Assembly (NCBI GenBank): GCA_964016885.1
Contig: OZ024740.1
Span: 343,108,001-343,172,000, forward strand
Length of the DNA stretch: 64,000 nt
Reading direction: 5' to 3'
From: Eledone cirrhosa
Taxonomy: Eukaryota
A model generated the notes under the pieces. That model was given only the letters and a program-made list of their open reading frames with translations. It did not search any database and was not told where the DNA came from. Positions within the stretch are counted from its first letter, which is position 1; each line of letters opens with the position of its first letter. Positions 1 through 14,096 of this stretch are shown piece after piece. Both the position numbers and the translations under genes were made by a program.

Positions 1-389
1 TATCTCCAATTCTCCGGAAACCCACCCCGGAGTCGGGAGTACCTCAGACACCTGGGAAACGGGATTACTAAACTTAAAGAGACAACTGGAATACTTGTCC
101 ATGCCGATAAAACCAACAACCTCTACAGCATGGACATGGAACTGTATGATAAGATAATTCTCAGGGAACTGAGGAAGTGCTACAAAAAACACCTGGAGTT
201 ACCCTGGATGAGATCAACGCCACAGCTCACAGGATAATATCCGGACTCGGCATAGAGGATAGGACGGCCCCATCATACCAACCAAGGGAGCCGAGGATTA
301 CCTTTAAAGATCACAAGCCAAACTTCGAGTTCGACCTCCCGGTTAGACTAATAGCCCCCTTCAGATCGGACCCTAGGTATCGTCAGTAA
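1..389 (+). mobile_element. Naiad-type Penelope-like element fragment, N-terminal RT region (frameshifted, runs off window start)
   Basis: Frame 1 reads ILVHADKTNNLYSMD. After a frameshift near 185 it reads PRITFKDHKPNF..VRLIAPFRSD, matching the PLE ADK..N / ITxKDHKxNF..RLIxP motifs. Ends near a (TA)n tract at about 402. Confidence 0.8.
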
Positions 390-396
390 AAGCAAT

Positions 397-427
<31 letters not shown>

Positions 428-741
428 CGATATTAAACAAATGGAAACTATATTTATAAAACCATATTTATTTCATTATACATATTTCGGGGATACCATA
501 TTAAAAATATGGCATGCCTTCTTCAGATAAAATACAATATATAAACAGTTTTATAAATAATTTTGACGTACCATAAATATTGATCAACTTTTATGTAAGA
601 AGTTGGTTTGGTAGTGAAATGTTTATAAATATTTAGTGTTAAGCACAGTTAAAAAGAAAGACGGAGAAAAAGAAGAAATGTATGTAAAGAAAAACAGAGA
701 GAAATAGAGAGAAATAGAGAGAAATAGAGAGAAATAGAGAA

Positions 742-2234
742 ATTAAATATAACAATAATAATAAATTTATTCAACTAGATATTGCTAACTACTATTCATC
801 TATTACCCCTAATCTACTGAATAAGGCACTAAATTACGCATTCAAACATACAGACCTAACTAGCAATGAAATGCACATTATATTATCGGCAAGGAAAACA
901 TTGATAGAATTTAATAACCAACTATGGACTAGGGCAGATAGAGATAATAATTTCGACATTACTATGGGATCATCTGACTCAGCCCAGGTAACGGACCTTG
1001 TGGGCCTATTTATAATTAATTCGCTGCATAGAAAAATACCTGGTGTAACCGGAGGATTATATCGTGATGACATGCTTTTACTTATTGAAAATAATAACTC
1101 TGAACTAAATAGAAAAAGAAAACAAATTATACAATTTTTTAATTACCTTAATCTAAAAATAGAAATAGAGAATAACCATAGAATAGTCAATTTCCTAGAT
1201 GTAACACTAAATCTCAACACATGTCTTCACTATCCATTTCACAAACTAAATGAAAACTTGAATTATGTCAATTTTAACTCTAATCACCCCAGATCTGTTA
1301 AAAATACTATAGGGAACTCTGTTCAAGAACGTATCTCAAGAATTTCATCTAATAAAAATATTTTCGACGAAAAAGCGCAGTATTACAATGAAGCGTTAGC
1401 TAGAGCAGGATATAGTGATAAAATTAAGTACATCGATAATAATAGGCAAACTCACCAAAATAATAACAATTTTAATTACGGTAACAACTTTAACAACTAT
1501 AATAGAAAACATTACAATAATTCCAAAAGCCAGAAAAGAAATAGAACTAGAAATATAATATGGTTTGCCCCCCCCCCCCCTTCTCACTAAATATTAAAAC
1601 CCACATTGCTAAACTATTTTTTAATGCTCTTGACAAACGCTTCCCTAGAACACATAAATATCACTCAATTTTTAATAGACATACTATAAAATTAACTTAC
1701 TCGTCCACCAAAAATTTAGCACAAAATATTAACAGAATAAATAATAGGAATCTAAAACCTAGCCAAAATACCGATAATAGCCAAAACAATATTCAATTAA
1801 ACAACTGTAACTGTAGAAATAAATCTAAATGTCCGTTAAATAACAATTGCTTAGTTAAAAATATAATATACAATTGTAATGTTAAAACTAACTTAAATTC
1901 TTTTAACTATGTTGGTTCCACCTCGACAGAATTTAAACTTCGCTACAATAATCATAAGAATTCTTTCACAGATCCAAACAAGAAATCTTCAACTTCACTA
2001 TCAGGCTTACTCTGGCAACTTAAACATGATAACGTTGGGTATTCGATGTTTTGGAATATTGTCTCAAGAGGGATTCCTTTTAATTCCTCATCTGAGACAT
2101 GTGACCTCTGTGTGGAGGAGATATTCTTTATATTAAAATCTAAAAATTCCCTTAATTTAAGGAGCAATTTATTCAGTTGCTGCAGACATAGATTGAACTC
2201 AACGTTTAAATATAAATATAAATTTAAAATGTAG
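742..2234 (+). pseudogene. Naiad PLE reverse transcriptase + GIY-YIG endonuclease (one frameshift in the poly-C run at about 1568-1580)
   Basis: Motifs FIQLDIANYYSSI, FDITMGSSDSAQ, GLYRDD, NFLDVTLNL, SNHP, IIWFAPP(F)S, CNC..KCPL...C zinc motif, IIY..YVGST..FKLRYNNH, CDLCVEE, CRH. The C-terminal CxxC/CxH pattern fits the Naiad clade. Confidence 0.9.
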
Positions 2235-3840
2235 TATAATTAGTTAAGTTATTTAATTAATGTATGAAACCTGACGATAAATCTTTCGATTCCTTCAACT
2301 TTTTCTTTTAAACCTTCTTCATAAATATATACTAATGATGTAATTAAACTACCCTAAAATGTAGATGCTCCCAATCTATTGAATACATTTTACGCTAGAT
2401 AAACTTCTATACTAAATATAAGAGCATCTGTAGAACAACAGGGTCTCCTAAATCTTTTAAATGATTTCTGCTAAATAAGTTTTGTTGAATAATTTTTGGT
2501 TTTTTGTTTGCTTTTTGATTCTGATTGCTTCTAATGAACTTGGCAATATATTGTCAGATAAATTGGAAGGGTAGATTTCCGTGGTGCATACTGTGTTTTT
2601 TACGGCCCGAGATACTCTAGGGAGTGATGAAAATATTTTTAACGTTTTGATATCTCTGTGCTGATATATTAATATCTGGTTGTCTCTGTACAAAGGCCAT
2701 ATGTATTAATATGAATATGGAATGATTACAGAGTTATTTATTATTTTATCTGTTTATTTTATCTGTCCATGTACATATATGTGTGCATACATATATATAT
2801 ATGTATGTGTGGGTATAGCTCTGGATATGTTACAGATATGCATAATATTCTATACATGAACGATAATCATGTATGTGAGGGCAGGAGTATTAATATATAT
2901 TTTTTATGTATATATATATATATAGTAAAATCTTTTATAACACAAGGGAAACATTTTTTCTGTGAAACAAGAAATTACAGAGTTGATCACGTAAGATCAT
3001 GGGTATGTCTATAGTATCAACTAGAACTTGAGATGACCTTCTCTTTTTCTCTTTCTTTCCTTTTCCGGAAAGTACATATATACTTATATATTTCCGTATT
3101 TTTTGAAGTTTTATCTCAGTTTTTGGTACATCGACCTCAGAATTTTAAACTAAACATATGGTCATTATTTTTCACACATTATATATCTATGTCTCATTCA
3201 TGAATATTGATATTTACATTATAATACCCAATTCATATGAATTGATAATTCAAATTGATAGGACATAACGTAAAGATGTAAATCTATCATCCCTCTCTCT
3301 AGATATAGCTCTTTCTTCTCCTCCCTCTTTATATTTGATGAAGTCTAAGTATCGGTTATTTTAACTTTGCCTCTCGAGTTTCTCTCTTGTTTTCTCTCTT
3401 ACTTCTCTCCTATTTCTCTCACCTCCCCATATATAATAATTATTATTATTTGGTATACCTCTTTTTCCCCCCACCTCTATCTTTCTCTCTCTCTCTGTTT
3501 TCTCTTCATTTTTCATTTCTCTCCGTCTCCTTAACACTATAACTAAATAAGTACAGTACTCCCTCCCTCCTAAATCTCTCAATTTGTATGATGAATTATT
3601 ATTATTCATCTGTTGCCTCAGCTGCCTCTCTTTTTTCACCTCCTCACTATTTCTCTCTCCCCTATCTCTCTCTATTTCTCTCTGTTTTTATTTACATACA
3701 TTTCTTCTTTTTCTCCGTCTTTCTTTTTAACTGTGCTTAACACTAAATATTTATAAACATTTCACTACCAAACCAACTTCTTACATAAAAGTTGATCAAT
3801 ATTTATGGTACGTCAAAATTATTTATAAAACTGTTTATAT

Positions 3841-3910
3841 ATTGTATTTTATCTGAAGAAGGCATGCCATATTTTTAATATGGTATCCCCGAAATATGTA
3901 TAATGAAATA
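3841..3910 (+). ncRNA. Type I hammerhead ribozyme (PLE minimal type); antisense copy in the inverted arm at about 470-540
   Basis: Stem I TATTTTAT/ATGAAATA, core CTGAAGA (3853), stem II ATGCCATATT/AATATGGTAT, GAAA (3891), near-palindromic stem III ATATGTAT, predicted cleavage after 3902. Confidence 0.75.
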
Positions 3911-4037
3911 AATATGGTTTTATAAATATAGTTTCCATTTGTTTAATATCGTATATCTACTCCAAAACTTGTTGAGTGCTTTATATCAGTTATAAAATAT
4001 TTACTTGTTGTAACCCAACAATTTTAAATAAAACTTT

Positions 4038-4074
<37 letters not shown>

Positions 4075-4307
4075 TATTAATTTCAATTATTAAAAATAAA
4101 AAAAAAATTAAACCAAAATCTCTTCTGTCTATCAACTGATGTAAATGACATTTCTTCCTGTTGGAATTTTCGCAGCAGCTTTGGTATCGGAATTCACCAA
4201 ATAAAATGTTTTTTTCTTCTGTTTCTTTTTTGAAAGCCTTTGAGATACAATTGAAGAAGGAAGAGTTTAAGTGTACATGCACGCACATAAATGACCCACA
4301 CATATTT

Positions 4308-4417
<110 letters not shown>

Positions 4418-5416
4418 GTACATATACACACACATATGTATATATACATTCGTGTCACTCACCCCCTCTGCCTTCTACTCTCTCTCGCTTCCTTTTTCTC
4501 CGTCTTTCTTTCTGTTGTGATTCCGTTGAGCCTAGACGTGTGGATACCTAACTGCGTTATTATTGCCTCGGACTTAAACCCAACGACTTTTTTTTAACTT
4601 GATTTCCATTCTCTCGGTTACTTGCTTACATGTACCATTGTCCCGCATTCCCTCTTCTATCGGTAGTTTTTTTTCCTTTTTTCTTTCCTTTTTTCCCTTT
4701 TTCCCTTTTCTCTTTCTTCTTTTCTTTCGCTCCCTCATGGTCTTTTGATAGATAAAAGGCTATGGGCGCGTTACGGATAGATGTATAGTTAATAATGCAC
4801 CGAAACATCTGTGATCCGTAGTTAATTACTGACGAAGGAAGACTGTCCATCTCTTGTTTGTGTCCCCTTACCTTCTAACACCCGTTATCAGTAACCACGC
4901 AGCCCTCTTCTCATCCATAATTTTTATATTTACTGTTGTGACCTTCGCTCCCTCTTCTCTATCTATCTCGCTCGATTCGTTGTGCCTGGCGAATTCATTT
5001 CTCGCCACACCGTCACCCCCTCTCTCTTTACACGTCTTATCTCCTTGCCTACTTTTGAAAGTATGGTTATATTGTAAACCAATAAGAATGTTTTGTCTAA
5101 TTTTATCCAATAAAAACATCAGGATCTTTAAACACTTCCACTTCATGTATACTAGATACCATGTTTACGTTCCAATTTCATAATCATCCGTAAATGGGAC
5201 ATGAGAAACTCGGAGTAACGATTAGTGAGGTTTTTATTTCTAATAAAATGACTGGTTTCCCGTGATAACTGGAGCCTGTTGCCTAACACCGCGGTAATGC
5301 TAGGCACCCCCCCTTTTTTAAAGAGGGAAGTGTGAGGTGGGTGTATTCAAACATTTAAGACGTCAGTTGTAATATTTATTCGGTATAAACCTTCTCGCTT
5401 CTGTCTCAACTCGGAT

Positions 5417-5740
5417 GAGTAAATACCAGACATTGATTGACTGTTCCCTTTTTGTCACAATAGCTATGGAGACCTCTGGTGTTCTTAATCCCCAGACTAC
5501 TGTTTTCCTTCATCAAATTGAGACCAGAGCACTATGCCCAAGAAAGAACTCCACGAAGTAGACGGCTAATGCAGAGCGTATCGCTGGCTGTTCATCGCGG
5601 CAATATTTCAGCCATCTTGTTCAGTTGAGATATATCGTTGAGATACATCCTAGAGTTATTTCTTCCCTCTTTTTTGTTTCCTCATTTTCTTATACTTTCT
5701 TTTTTTTTCTTTCTTTTTGTCATTGTAATATCATAAACTT
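5417..5740 (+). mobile_element. CRE-clade non-LTR retrotransposon 3' end (restriction-like endonuclease C-terminus)
   Basis: Translates SKYQTL..LFVTIAMETSGVL...FLHQI, then (shifted) LMQSVSLAVHRGNISAIL*. Matches the KY..L...F.P.A.ET.G ... QRxSxAxQRGN terminus of CRE elements. Confidence 0.7.
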
Positions 5741-5751
5741 ATTTAGCATTA

Positions 5752-6165
5752 ATAATTGTTTCTACTTTAGGCACAAGGCCAACAATTTTTTGTGAAGGAA
5801 AAAATTGATTAAATCGACATCAGTACATTACTGGTACTTTATTTTATAGACCCCGTAAAGGCAAAGCTAACCTCCGCGGGATTTGACCTCAGGGCGTGAC
5901 TATATGCCGCAAAACATGTTGTCCGACGCTCTACCGATGCTGCCAATCAGCCACCTTTTAGCATTAATTGGTTCTACTTTTGGCACAAGGCCAGCAATTA
6001 CCCAGTGCATTACTGGTACTTTATTTTATCGACCCCGTAAGGATGAAAGGCAAAGTTAACCTCGGCAGGATTTGAACTCAGAATGGCAAGGGCCGTAACT
6101 CTATGCGTCAAAACATGTTGTCCGACGCTCTACCGATGCTGCCAATCCACCGCCCTTTAGCATTA
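5752..6165 (-). mobile_element. Two tandem tRNA-derived SINEs (family A, Meta/MESC-like core)
   Basis: A-box TGGCAGCATCGG, B-box GAGTTCAAATCC, core GCCTTTCATCCTTACGGGGTCGATAAAATAAAGTACCAG; repeated flank TTTAGCATTAAT. Confidence 0.85.
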
Positions 6166-6289
6166 ATAATAGTTAGCATCGTATATAACTCTACTTTTAG
6201 TATTGGGAACGTAAGTTTCTCTTTCATGTTAACACAAATGTTTCCACAAACATATTTCCTAACTCAGAGATATACATACACAGTCACAT

Positions 6290-6294
<5 letters not shown>

Positions 6295-6354
<60 letters not shown>

Positions 6355-6540
6355 ATATATATATATATATCCCTCTCTCTCCCTCCCCCTCTCTCTCTCT
6401 CTCACACACACACACAAGCACACACACAGACACACACATACAGACACATACACAGACACAGACACACACACACACACACACACACCCACACACCCACACA
6501 CAGACACTCACACAGACACAGACACACACATACACATACA
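6295..6540. repeat. Compound (CT)n/(TA)n/(CA)n microsatellite
   Basis: Direct reading. Confidence 0.95.
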
Positions 6541-7180
6541 TTTCCGTTAAATATTTTGTTGAGGACTTTAGAGAATTGTATATTCCTTCAGTTTACTTTG
6601 TTGTTTTCTTTCTTTATACTTTCTTTCCCACTTCGTTTCACTTTCTTAAATTTCTTTCGTGGATTTCATTTTTTGTTTCCTCCAATTTTCATTACCCCTA
6701 TACCATCATCACAATTATTAAGGTTACAATTATTACTATTATTATTATTCTTATTGTTGTTGTCGTTGTTGAAAGGCTTAAGTCGAGAAGAAATAGCAGA
6801 AAAAAAAGGAAGAAAAACAACAAAAAAAAAACGAACACCACAAAACAACAACAACAGCAATAACAACAATAAAAGAGATAAAAAAAAACGTACTAACAAA
6901 AATATTTTTAAAAATCCCTCTGAAAACAAAACGAATCTCAAAACAGATTAAATTGCATTTAAGAAATATTTGTAAAAAAAACATTAAAAAATTTTCAAAA
7001 TAGATAAAAAGTCAAAAAGAAAAACGAACACTAAAGAAAACAAATATAAAAAAATAATTGTTGGAACTGAACCGAAACCAAAGTTGTGACAGGCCGAAAA
7101 AATTCAACTGAACAAACATTGGGTTACCTTCCTTTGACAGTTGACAGCCTGCTGATAACTAGACTCTCTCTCTCTCACTC

Positions 7181-7251
<71 letters not shown>

Positions 7252-8029
7252 CTTCCCCTCTCCCTCTCACAATCACACTCACATTCATCCTCTCACGAGC
7301 TATAGTTTCTTTCTCTCGCCTTCTCTTTCCCACATGCATGTAATAACCAACCAGGCACATACATCATATATACGTCTTTACGCCACATATTTCATTATTC
7401 TGTCAGCTTGTCTGTCTGTCTGTCCGCCCCCCCCCCCTTTCTTATATATATATATATGGTCGTCACATCTGATTTCTCTTTACATTTATCTCATAATCTC
7501 CCTTCCCCCTTCTCAGTCTCTCTTTTTTAAAGATACACACACACACACGCAGACACGCGCGCACACATACGCACACAGACATACACACATATTTTGCTGT
7601 TCGCTTCCTCTTTCTATATAGCTAACTAAATCTTTTTGTCACAATAACAATACTAACAATGCAAGATAAGAATGCATACTTCACAGCCACACACATACAC
7701 ATGCACATATATATATGTAGAGTTCGTTATATAGCTCTATACAGACACTTCACTTTAAAACTTACACACATAAGCCACAATAGGACCACGGAGTTTTATT
7801 CTACTGTGCGGCACTTTGGGTCGTGTTTTTCTACCATAACCAAGGCCCCAGGGTGTATATATATATTAAAATAAGGGGCTAACCGACCAGGGATGTGCGG
7901 ACTACATTATAGTCGGTCGGCTGTGATGAAGATAAAATGAAACGCCCAACAATCTGTATATATGGTACAAACCAGAGCATTATATAGTATTAAAAAGATC
8001 TAAACGTCTAAAGTCTGTCTTAAATCAGA

Positions 8030-8275
8030 AGGCTCATTTGGCCGGTGCTTATCCCGATTTCATGGTGTGAAGCGACTGAGAGTATAAGACTCCCCGCCGG
8101 GCATGACGCCACCCCATCACAGGGTTAAACCCCCAGTTATTGTTGGTACTCATTTTCAGCTGAGCAACGTGAAATGAAGTGTTTTGCTCAAGAACGCAAC
8201 ACGCAACCCAGGAATCGAGCCCACGATAATATGATCGTAAGTTCAACACCCTTACCAATCGACCACGTGCCTTCA
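8030..8275 (-). mobile_element. tRNA-derived SINE family B (V-domain-like)
   Basis: Reverse complement of the copies at 39250-39500 and 55090-55345 (TTGAGCAAAACACTTCA...AACCCTG(T/C)GATGG...GGGATAAGCACCGGCC). Confidence 0.75.
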
Positions 8276-8282
8276 CACATTT

Positions 8283-8666
8283 AAAAAGATCGGAGACCAT
8301 AATTAGCTGATTTAGGTTTATTTAAATCTCCGTTATACATATTTTGCCGAGGACTACCAATTTCGATAGCCTGAGCCCTTCAGTTGGCATAAAAACATAT
8401 TAAAACTTGAAAACATTAAAAACTTTCTAAAAAAAAAAAAATTTGAGAACCTTTCTTTTCGTGATACAGGGGACGGTGAAAGTTGATGTTGTTTCGTCGC
8501 CGACCGGCCCCATTTTTGAGGAAGTTTTTTTTATATTTTCAAGTTTTTATAGGTTTTTGTGCCGTCTGAAAAGATCGGGCTATCAAAATTGGTAGTCCTC
8601 AGCGAAATATGTATAATGGAGATCTAAATAAACCTAAATCAACTGCTTATGGCTGCCGATCTTTTT
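8283..8666. mobile_element. MITE with about 150-bp imperfect TIRs, TA-flanked
   Basis: AAAAGATCGG..CCATAA..GATTTAGGTTTATTTA at the left end is mirrored by TAAATAAACCTAAATC..TTATGG..CCGATCTTTT at the right end. Confidence 0.8.
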
Positions 8667-8796
8667 ACTACAATATATATATATGTACGTACCTCTACAC
8701 CCTATACGTCGCATTCTACATTTTCTCTTACATCTCATTACCACCTGCATTGTTGAGGTTTCCAAAACGACCAATTATATATATATATATATATAT

Positions 8797-9104
<308 letters not shown>

Positions 9105-9309
9105 CGAAAAGTAAACGGAAACAGGAAAGCACATAACACAATACAACGAAGAAATATATTAGTTTAACGCTTGATATAGAGGGTAAAGAGTCTTTGCAAT
9201 CGGACACTTATCCTTCATCAGAAAATGGAATGCGAAATAAAAGATGAAATAAAAAGAGAGTGAAAAGCGCATGTGTGTTTAGTCAGCCACATATATATAT
9301 ATATAATGA

Positions 9310-9590
9310 AAATTATTGTGTACAGTGCTCAGGTGCACTACATTTCATATGTGTATGGAGGGGGAATATCAGGTGTCGTGTTGGCAAATTTTAGGAAGCA
9401 TGGAAGTTTTGACGGATGCAGTGTCCCGACAGCTTACAACTGATTCAGGTAGTTTGCGCCATTTTTCAGCAACTCTGAGCGTGAAAAAATGTTCCGAAAG
9501 TCATGTGAGCAATACTGTCTTCTGATCTTGTAAGCATGTCCACGGGTGATAGACATATGGAATTTGAAAAGGTGACCAAGTCTGCTGTTT
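9310..9590 (-). mobile_element. CR1/L2-group LINE 3' end
   Basis: Minus strand reads HLFKFHMSITRGHAYKIRRQYCSHDFRN, the TRGH..K C-terminal motif. Confidence 0.7.
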
Positions 9591-9829
9591 AGTCACGAAA
9601 AGAATAACAATGTTCATGGCCCGAAAAGAATAACTGTTCCCAGCATGGGAATAATATTAATGAATGTATATTATTTATAGAGTTAATAATATTTAAGATT
9701 TCAAACTTATTCTGTATCACAAGACATCCATTTTCTACATATAGTGCTTCATCGATATATAGCAATAGAGCAATCGATGGTAAATTTATTTCGTTATATT
9801 CATGTGGTATACTCATGTAATTGCTTATT

Positions 9830-11030
<1,201 letters not shown>

Positions 11031-11086
11031 ACTCGGCGAAACTTCGAACGGATGGCTGGACCAGGTAAAACAGTAAAAGAATATAA

Positions 11087-11220
11087 TAGTTTCTACGTTT
11101 GTCACAAGGCCAGCAATTACCCAATACATTACTGGTACTTTATTTTATCGACCCCGTAAGGATGAAAGGCAAAGTTAACCTCGACGGGATTTGAACTCAG
11201 ACCGTAAAGGGACGTAACTG
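11087..11220 (-). mobile_element. SINE family A, 5'-truncated
   Basis: Same core as 5752-6165. Confidence 0.8.
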
Positions 11221-11266
11221 CTGGAAAAAGAAAACACCAAAGAACCCAATACTATAAATACATATA

Positions 11267-11760
<494 letters not shown>

Positions 11761-11762
<2 letters not shown>

Positions 11763-11960
11763 AAAATGAGGGTTTTTTTTCAAAATGAAAAAAAAAAAAA
11801 ACCCAGATCTCCTACACGAGTGAAAGTATAAGGAAAAAAGATGAAATCGAAAATGCAACTGGAGTCTTTTTAAGAATATTTATTTGTTTCCTTTACCGGT
11901 TTCACAGTTTTTATGCTTTTCAAAAGTAGAATTGAGATGGAGGGTTTGTGGTTTTTCTCG
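11761..11960 (-). mobile_element. PLE-like 3' end (family P2) with degenerate HHR
   Basis: Minus strand CTT-TTGAAAA-GCA..TGT-GAAA-CCGG-TA-AAG. A second partial copy lies at 32857-32960. Confidence 0.5.
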
Positions 11961-12142
11961 ATATATATATATATATCGACAAAAACCAGCCCATCTGATA
12001 TATATTATATATATATGCGTTTGTGTGCCTGTGCGTCTGTAAAAAAGTGTATTTATTATTGGCATAATTAATCAGAAAATGTATATTACTATGCCGATCG
12101 ACCAAGGTAGGGATCATATGTACACACACATACACACACACG

Positions 12143-12259
<117 letters not shown>

Positions 12260-12263
12260 ACAC

Positions 12264-12302
<39 letters not shown>

Positions 12303-12349
12303 GTTCAGGATTGATGGTCACGAGGATGCCTGCTCGATACCATAGTTTT

Positions 12350-13020
12350 CATTCATTCACCCCATCGCTCTCTGTGGAGCATAGGCCATTGGCAACCCTC
12401 CGCTATCTTACACAATCATGAGCTCTTCTCGCCACTCCACTCCAGTTGGTTTCCTGTGTTCTTAATTCAGCCTCAGTATCACTACTCCAGCTGCTGCGGG
12501 ACAGGCCTTTCTTCTTATTACCCTGTGGGTTCCAGGTCAGGGCTTGGCGTATGGTGTTGGATGCTGGTTTCCTGAGTGTATGTCCAATCCAGCTCCGCTT
12601 CCCCCGGAGAGTGTGCTTTGCCACTGGTTCCTGTCCCGTTCATTCCCACAGATCTTCGTTTCTGATCTCCGGCTATTTGATGTTGTAGATGCTCCTCAGA
12701 CAGCTGTTAAAGAATGTCTGGATCTTCTGCTGGATCTTCTTGTTTGTTGTCCTCCAAGTTTCACATCCATACAGCAGTACCGCCTTCACGTTGGAGTTGA
12801 AAATGTGAAGTTTAGTCCTTGGACAGATCTCTTTTGATGCCCAGACGTCCTTTAACATGATGAAAGCTACTCTTGCCTTGCCTATCCTGGCTGTGACGTC
12901 TTAGTCGGTTTCCCCACGTCGATCAACCACACTTTCTAGGTAAACAAATGACTCCACATCTCTGCTGGGCTCTCCATCGACTATGACTGGTGTGTTGGCA
13001 GTGGTGCTGACTTTCACCAG
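12350..13020 (-). mobile_element. RTE-clade LINE 3' fragment
   Basis: FVYL, RIGKARVAF, TKLHIFNSNVKAVLLYGCETW, WIGHTLRK..QALTWNPQG; (TGAA)n tail at about 12350. Confidence 0.9.
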
Positions 13021-13185
13021 TTCGTTGGAGATTAATAATTTTATTTTAATCGAGTCAGTGTCTCATTACTCTGGAATATATAGATATGATCGAAAACATT
13101 GACCTAAGAAGCTTTGGCAGAGGATCCGCTAGAAGGAGTGTTTGGGGACCCTGTCCCCAACGACCCTCTCAAGAATAAGTGGGCG

Positions 13186-13271
13186 AAGAAGAAGAAGAAG
13201 AAGAAGAAGAAGAAGAAGAAGAAGAAGAAGAAGAAGAAGAAGAAGAAGAAGAAGAAGAAGAAGAAGAAGAA
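13186..13271 (+). repeat. (GAA)n microsatellite, probably the tail of a short RTE 3' end (about 13060-13185)
   Basis: Pure GAA run preceded by an AED...P..RP-like sequence. Confidence 0.85.
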
Positions 13272-13611
13272 TCTTCACTACACAAAAATTACCATAATAA
13301 TAGTCGTTGCCTCTTAAAATCAACGGTTATTTGCATTTTTTTCCACAGGTTTAAAATCAGCGGTTCTTTATCGTAGTGAATAACGCACCCTACAACCGAA
13401 AGACTTCGATTCCTCGCAGGCGCCAGTGTCTCCTGTTATTCCACCTTTAACGACATTTGACTCGATGTTCTCAACTATTATTTATAGAGATTGATTTCTG
13501 TGTTGTAAATTCTCATAAAAGAGGTACACTCTTTCTTGAAACCAACGATATTTGTAGGTTCTGGTCATCCTATCTTGCTTTTGCTTGTTGTTATTATTAC
13601 TACTGCTGCTA

Positions 13612-14060
13612 GGGCGATGGATTGGCAGTATCGTAGAGGGTTGGGCGTATGCTTTGCAGCATAGAGTTACGACCCTTTACGATCTGAGTTCAAATCCCGC
13701 CGAGGTTAAATTTACCTTTCATCCTTACGGGGTCGATAAAATAAAGTACCAGGCACACTGGGGTCGATTTAATTGACTTTCCCCTCCCCCAAAATTGCTG
13801 GCCTTGTGCCTATATAAGAAACCATTATTACTACTGCTGTGAGGGCGGTGGATTGGCAGTATCGGTAGAGGGTTGGACGCCATGCTTTGCAGCAAAGAGT
13901 TAGGACCCTTTATGATCTGAGTTCAAATCCCGTCGAGGTTAACTTTGCCTTTCATCCTTACGGGGTCGATAAAATAAAGTACCAGTAACGCACTGAGGTC
14001 AATTTAATCGACTTCACCCTCCCCCAAAATTGATGGCCTTGTGCCTATACTAGAAACCAT

Positions 14061-14096
<36 letters not shown>
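13612..14096 (+). mobile_element. Two tandem SINE A copies with (CTA)n tail
   Basis: A/B boxes and core; duplicated target ATTATTACTACTGCTG at about 13593 and 13824. Confidence 0.88.

Larger units (their letters stand above)
423..4040 (+). mobile_element. 5'-truncated Naiad-type PLE with inverted 5' copy of its 3' end, between (TA)n tracts
   Basis: 423-716 is the reverse complement of about 3665-3956. RT+GIY-YIG coding region at 742-2234, HHR at 3841-3910, (TA)n on both flanks. Confidence 0.88.

Noticed and set aside
1-2234. Reading 1-389 and 742-2234 as one interrupted Naiad gene
   Set aside because: Domain order fits, but base composition differs sharply, a block of RT is missing, and the intervening sequence is the inverted cap of the second element.
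1560-2330. Selenocysteine codon or SECIS, as reported for some Naiads
   Set aside because: Cys positions are TGT/TGC with no in-frame TGA, and the ATGA..AA segment near 2264 has no complementary SECIS stem.
6103-6951. 282-aa ORF and similar [16 protein letters not shown] ORFs throughout the window
   Set aside because: Translations of dinucleotide microsatellites and low-complexity tracts.
13612-13705. tRNA genes at A/B-box sites
   Set aside because: These are SINE heads; no cloverleaf, and they are followed by the SINE core.
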